Assembly: GCA_963750165.1 (NCBI GenBank)
Contig: CAVVPN010000011.1
Span: 288,001 to 352,000 of the forward strand
Direction of reading: 5' to 3'
Length of the DNA stretch: 64,000 nucleotides
From: an uncultured Gemmataceae bacterium
Lineage (GTDB): Bacteria > Planctomycetota > Planctomycetia > Gemmatales > Gemmataceae
The position numbers and the translations under genes were made by a program. The first letter of the stretch is position 1, and every line of letters starts with the position of its first letter. Below the pieces are notes generated by a model. The model saw only the letters and a program-made list of their open reading frames with translations. It was not told the DNA's origin and did no database searches. Below are positions 61,585-64,000 of this stretch, piece after piece.

Positions 61585-61607
61585 GGAAAGAAGAGGGGAA
61601 GCGGCAC

Positions 61608-62951
61608 ATGAAAACCGTGCGCGTCGGCAATGGCTGCGGCTTCTGGGGCGACAACCTCGACGCCCCCGTGCTGCTGGCGCGCGACGGCCGCCTCGACTAC
61701 CTGACACTCGAATACCTCGCCGAACTCACCATGTCCATCCTGGCGCTGCAAAAGCAGCGCGACCCGCAGGCCGGCTTTGCCACCGATTTTTTGGATGTGC
61801 TGGAGCGCTTGTGTCCGCTGCTGGCGCAGCAGCCCGGCCTGAAAATCGTCACCAACGCCGGCGGCATGAACCCCACCGCTTGCGCCGCGAAGGCCCGCGC
61901 CATCCTCGACGAGCACGGTTTGCAAGCGCGGCGTATCGGCGTCGTCCGCGGCGATGATCTGCTGCCGCGCATCGATGAACTGCTGGCGGCCGGCCAACCG
62001 CTACTGAACCTGGACACGGGGCAACCGCTGGCCACCGTGCGGCCGCGGCTGGTGAGCGCCAACGCCTACCTCGGCTCGGAGCCGATCGCGGCGGCGCTGC
62101 GGGGCGGCGCTGCCATCGTCATCACGGGGCGGGTGGCGGACGCGGCACTGACCGTCGGGCCGCTGGCGCACGAGTTCGGCTGGTCGTGGCAGGACTGGGA
62201 CCGGCTCAGCGCCGCGTCGGTGGCGGGGCACCTGATCGAGTGCGGCGCCCAGGCGACCGGCGGCCTCTGGTGTAACTGGCAGGAGGCGCCGGACCTGGCG
62301 AACGTCGGCTATCCGATCGCGGAGGTGGACGACACCGGCGCCATGCGCATCACCAAGCCGGCGGGCAGCGGCGGTGCGGTCAACGTCGAGACGGTGGCGG
62401 AGCAACTGCTGTACGAGGTCGGCGATCCGGCCGCGTACTTGACGCCGGACGTGACCGCCGATTTCACGTCCGTGACGCTGCGCCAGGAGGGGCCGGAGGT
62501 TGTCGCCATCAGCGGTGCGAAGGGCCGGCCGGCGACGGACACGTACAAGGTGTCGGCGGCGTACCGCGATGGCTACACCGCCAGCGGCACCCTGGTCATC
62601 GCCGGCCCCGACGCGCCGGCCAAGGCCCGCCGCTGCGGCGAGATGATTCTGGAGCGCCTGCGCCGCGCCGGCGTCGAGGTGGAGCAACGTTTGATCGAGT
62701 GTCTGGGGACGGGCGACAGCGTGCCAGGCGTGCTGCCGCGGGCGGTGCCGCCGGAGGTGGTGCTGCGTGTGGCGGTGCGCGACAGCCGGCACGCGGCGGT
62801 GGAGCGCTTCAGCAAGGAGTTTGCGCCGCTGGTCACGTCGGGGCCGCCGGGGGTGACGGGCTACACGACGGGGCGGCCACAGGTGCGCGAGGTGTTCGCG
62901 TACTGGCCGGCGCTGCTGGCCAAGGCCGCGGTGACGCCGGTGGTAGAATGA
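61608..62951 (+). CDS. AtuA-family (DUF1446) protein
   Basis: GCGFWGD, LEYLAELTM, TNAGGMNP, SANAYLG, ITGRVAD, GHLIECGAQATGG, EQLLYE.GDP..Y..PDV. Confidence 0.9.
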   Translation: MKTVRVGNGCGFWGDNLDAPVLLARDGRLDYLTLEYLAELTMSILALQKQRDPQAGFATDFLDVLERLCPLLAQQPGLKIVTNAGGMNPTACAAKARAILDEHGLQARRIGVVRGDDLLPRIDELLAAGQPLLNLDTGQPLATVRPRLVSANAYLGSEPIAAALRGGAAIVITGRVADAALTVGPLAHEFGWSWQDWDRLSAASVAGHLIECGAQATGGLWCNWQEAPDLANVGYPIAEVDDTGAMRITKPAGSGGAVNVETVAEQLLYEVGDPAAYLTPDVTADFTSVTLRQEGPEVVAISGAKGRPATDTYKVSAAYRDGYTASGTLVIAGPDAPAKARRCGEMILERLRRAGVEVEQRLIECLGTGDSVPGVLPRAVPPEVVLRVAVRDSRHAAVERFSKEFAPLVTSGPPGVTGYTTGRPQVREVFAYWPALLAKAAVTPVVE

Positions 62952-63020
62952 TGTGAAGCTGCTCCTGCGAGCGTCTCTCAAAGCCTTCCCGCTTTTGAAA
63001 CGGAATTGGCCGGGCTTGAC

Positions 63021-64000
63021 GTGGACCAGACGGAGGCACGTTTCCGCACGAGGTATGTCGAGGAACAGCAGGCCGTTGAACGGCTTACTAACCTGGGGAG
63101 GGCACGGATCGGGAAAGGCGCCGCAGACAATCTGAAACTGGTGAAGGACGTAGCCGAAAGCGGGCTTGAGAAAATACTTCGACGGCGACGGCAATCCTCC
63201 CGTGAAGAAACCTGGGAACTCGTGCGAGAATTCATCCTGTACGGTGCGAAAGCCGTTTTGTTGACTGGGTCGCAACGCGGCGGCGACTTCTTGAACAATC
63301 AACTCCGCGGCCAGTGGGCCGAACGAGTTGCCCTGTCCATGTCCGTTGAGGGCTTACACTTTGTCGAATTCGGCCCGTCCGGGGCGGCAATGCCGGGGGA
63401 GCAAGATCACCGAAAGGTAATTATGACTTTCAAGGAGATTCAACTTCTCGAAGGCAAGCGACCCGACCTGCTGGCTTTTGACCAGTCCGTTTGGCGCAGC
63501 TTGGCTGAAGCCGAGCGCAATCTGGTCACGACGTGGCCGCAGAGGCGGCTCGAACGGGCGGATGAGGCGGTGATTAAGAAAGCTCGATGCGGCGTCGAGG
63601 TAAAAAATAGTACCTGGCATTACCAGACGCGCCGAGAAGCCGGTGGTGGGCCGCTGTCCACTACGGTGAAGCAGGAAGAGGTTTCTGAGATCCAGAACTG
63701 GGCAAACAAGACGGGGTTGCCCGTCCTGTTTGTGCAGATTCTATTCGATGAACTATACTGCATGAGTTTCCGACGGATGACGGCTGCAATGCAGCGCGGG
63801 TATTTGTACGAGCAGGGAGACTACGAACGGGACAAGCAGACCGGGGCAGGGGGGAAAATCTATCACAAGTTTTACATCACCCCTCCGCGGCACCTTTGCG
63901 GCAGGGTCATTTTTCCCTCCGAGTCAACTGCCGACGTTCGCATTCTGCACGACGGCAACGTCATCCCCTACATCCTCCTCAAGCCAGCGAAGGCTGTTGA
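63021..64000 (+). CDS. Putative PD-(D/E)xK restriction endonuclease (AccI-like), partial; not in ORF track; start uncertain
   Basis: Open frame to window end: DFLNNQLRGQWAE, GKRPDLLAF, GVEVKNS.W, TVKQEE, VQILFD; lower GC than flanks. Confidence 0.65.
   Translation, partial: MDQTEARFRTRYVEEQQAVERLTNLGRARIGKGAADNLKLVKDVAESGLEKILRRRRQSSREETWELVREFILYGAKAVLLTGSQRGGDFLNNQLRGQWAERVALSMSVEGLHFVEFGPSGAAMPGEQDHRKVIMTFKEIQLLEGKRPDLLAFDQSVWRSLAEAERNLVTTWPQRRLERADEAVIKKARCGVEVKNSTWHYQTRREAGGGPLSTTVKQEEVSEIQNWANKTGLPVLFVQILFDELYCMSFRRMTAAMQRGYLYEQGDYERDKQTGAGGKIYHKFYITPPRHLCGRVIFPSESTADVRILHDGNVIPYILLKPAKAV

Overview
High-GC bacterial chromosomal window. Gene content (DUF1549/DUF1553, DUF1592/DUF1588, many WD40 proteins, Uma2, large Ser/Thr kinase) points to a Planctomycete, probably Gemmataceae-like; this is inference, and no searches were run. 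Most genes are housekeeping or typical accessory genes: mobA, moaC, polyprenyl synthase, trpD, AlkB-like, dcd, class II nrdJ, MoxR, two-component pair. The most notable region is 27.2-37.4 kb. (1) A tRNA-Arg(CCU) gene is split after its anticodon by a 698-nt group I intron, which carries an HNH endonuclease ORF on the opposite strand whose N-terminus overlaps the ribozyme core. (2) A tripartite HipB/HipS/HipT-like toxin-antitoxin module lies just downstream of the tRNA. (3) A dCTP deaminase carries a ~117-aa single-motif LAGLIDADG domain in frame, with no visible intein or intron splicing signals. (4) The adjacent nrdJ, and the 3' half of dcd, show AT-rich recoded patches at conserved catalytic motifs, possibly scars of homing/intein conflict. 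Also present: a modular MITE-like repeat family, several REP-like and periodic hairpins, two small basic ORFs missing from the ORF track, and an AccI-like restriction endonuclease running off the right edge. About ten apparent frameshifts are most likely long-read sequencing errors. Product calls rest on motifs recognised by eye.
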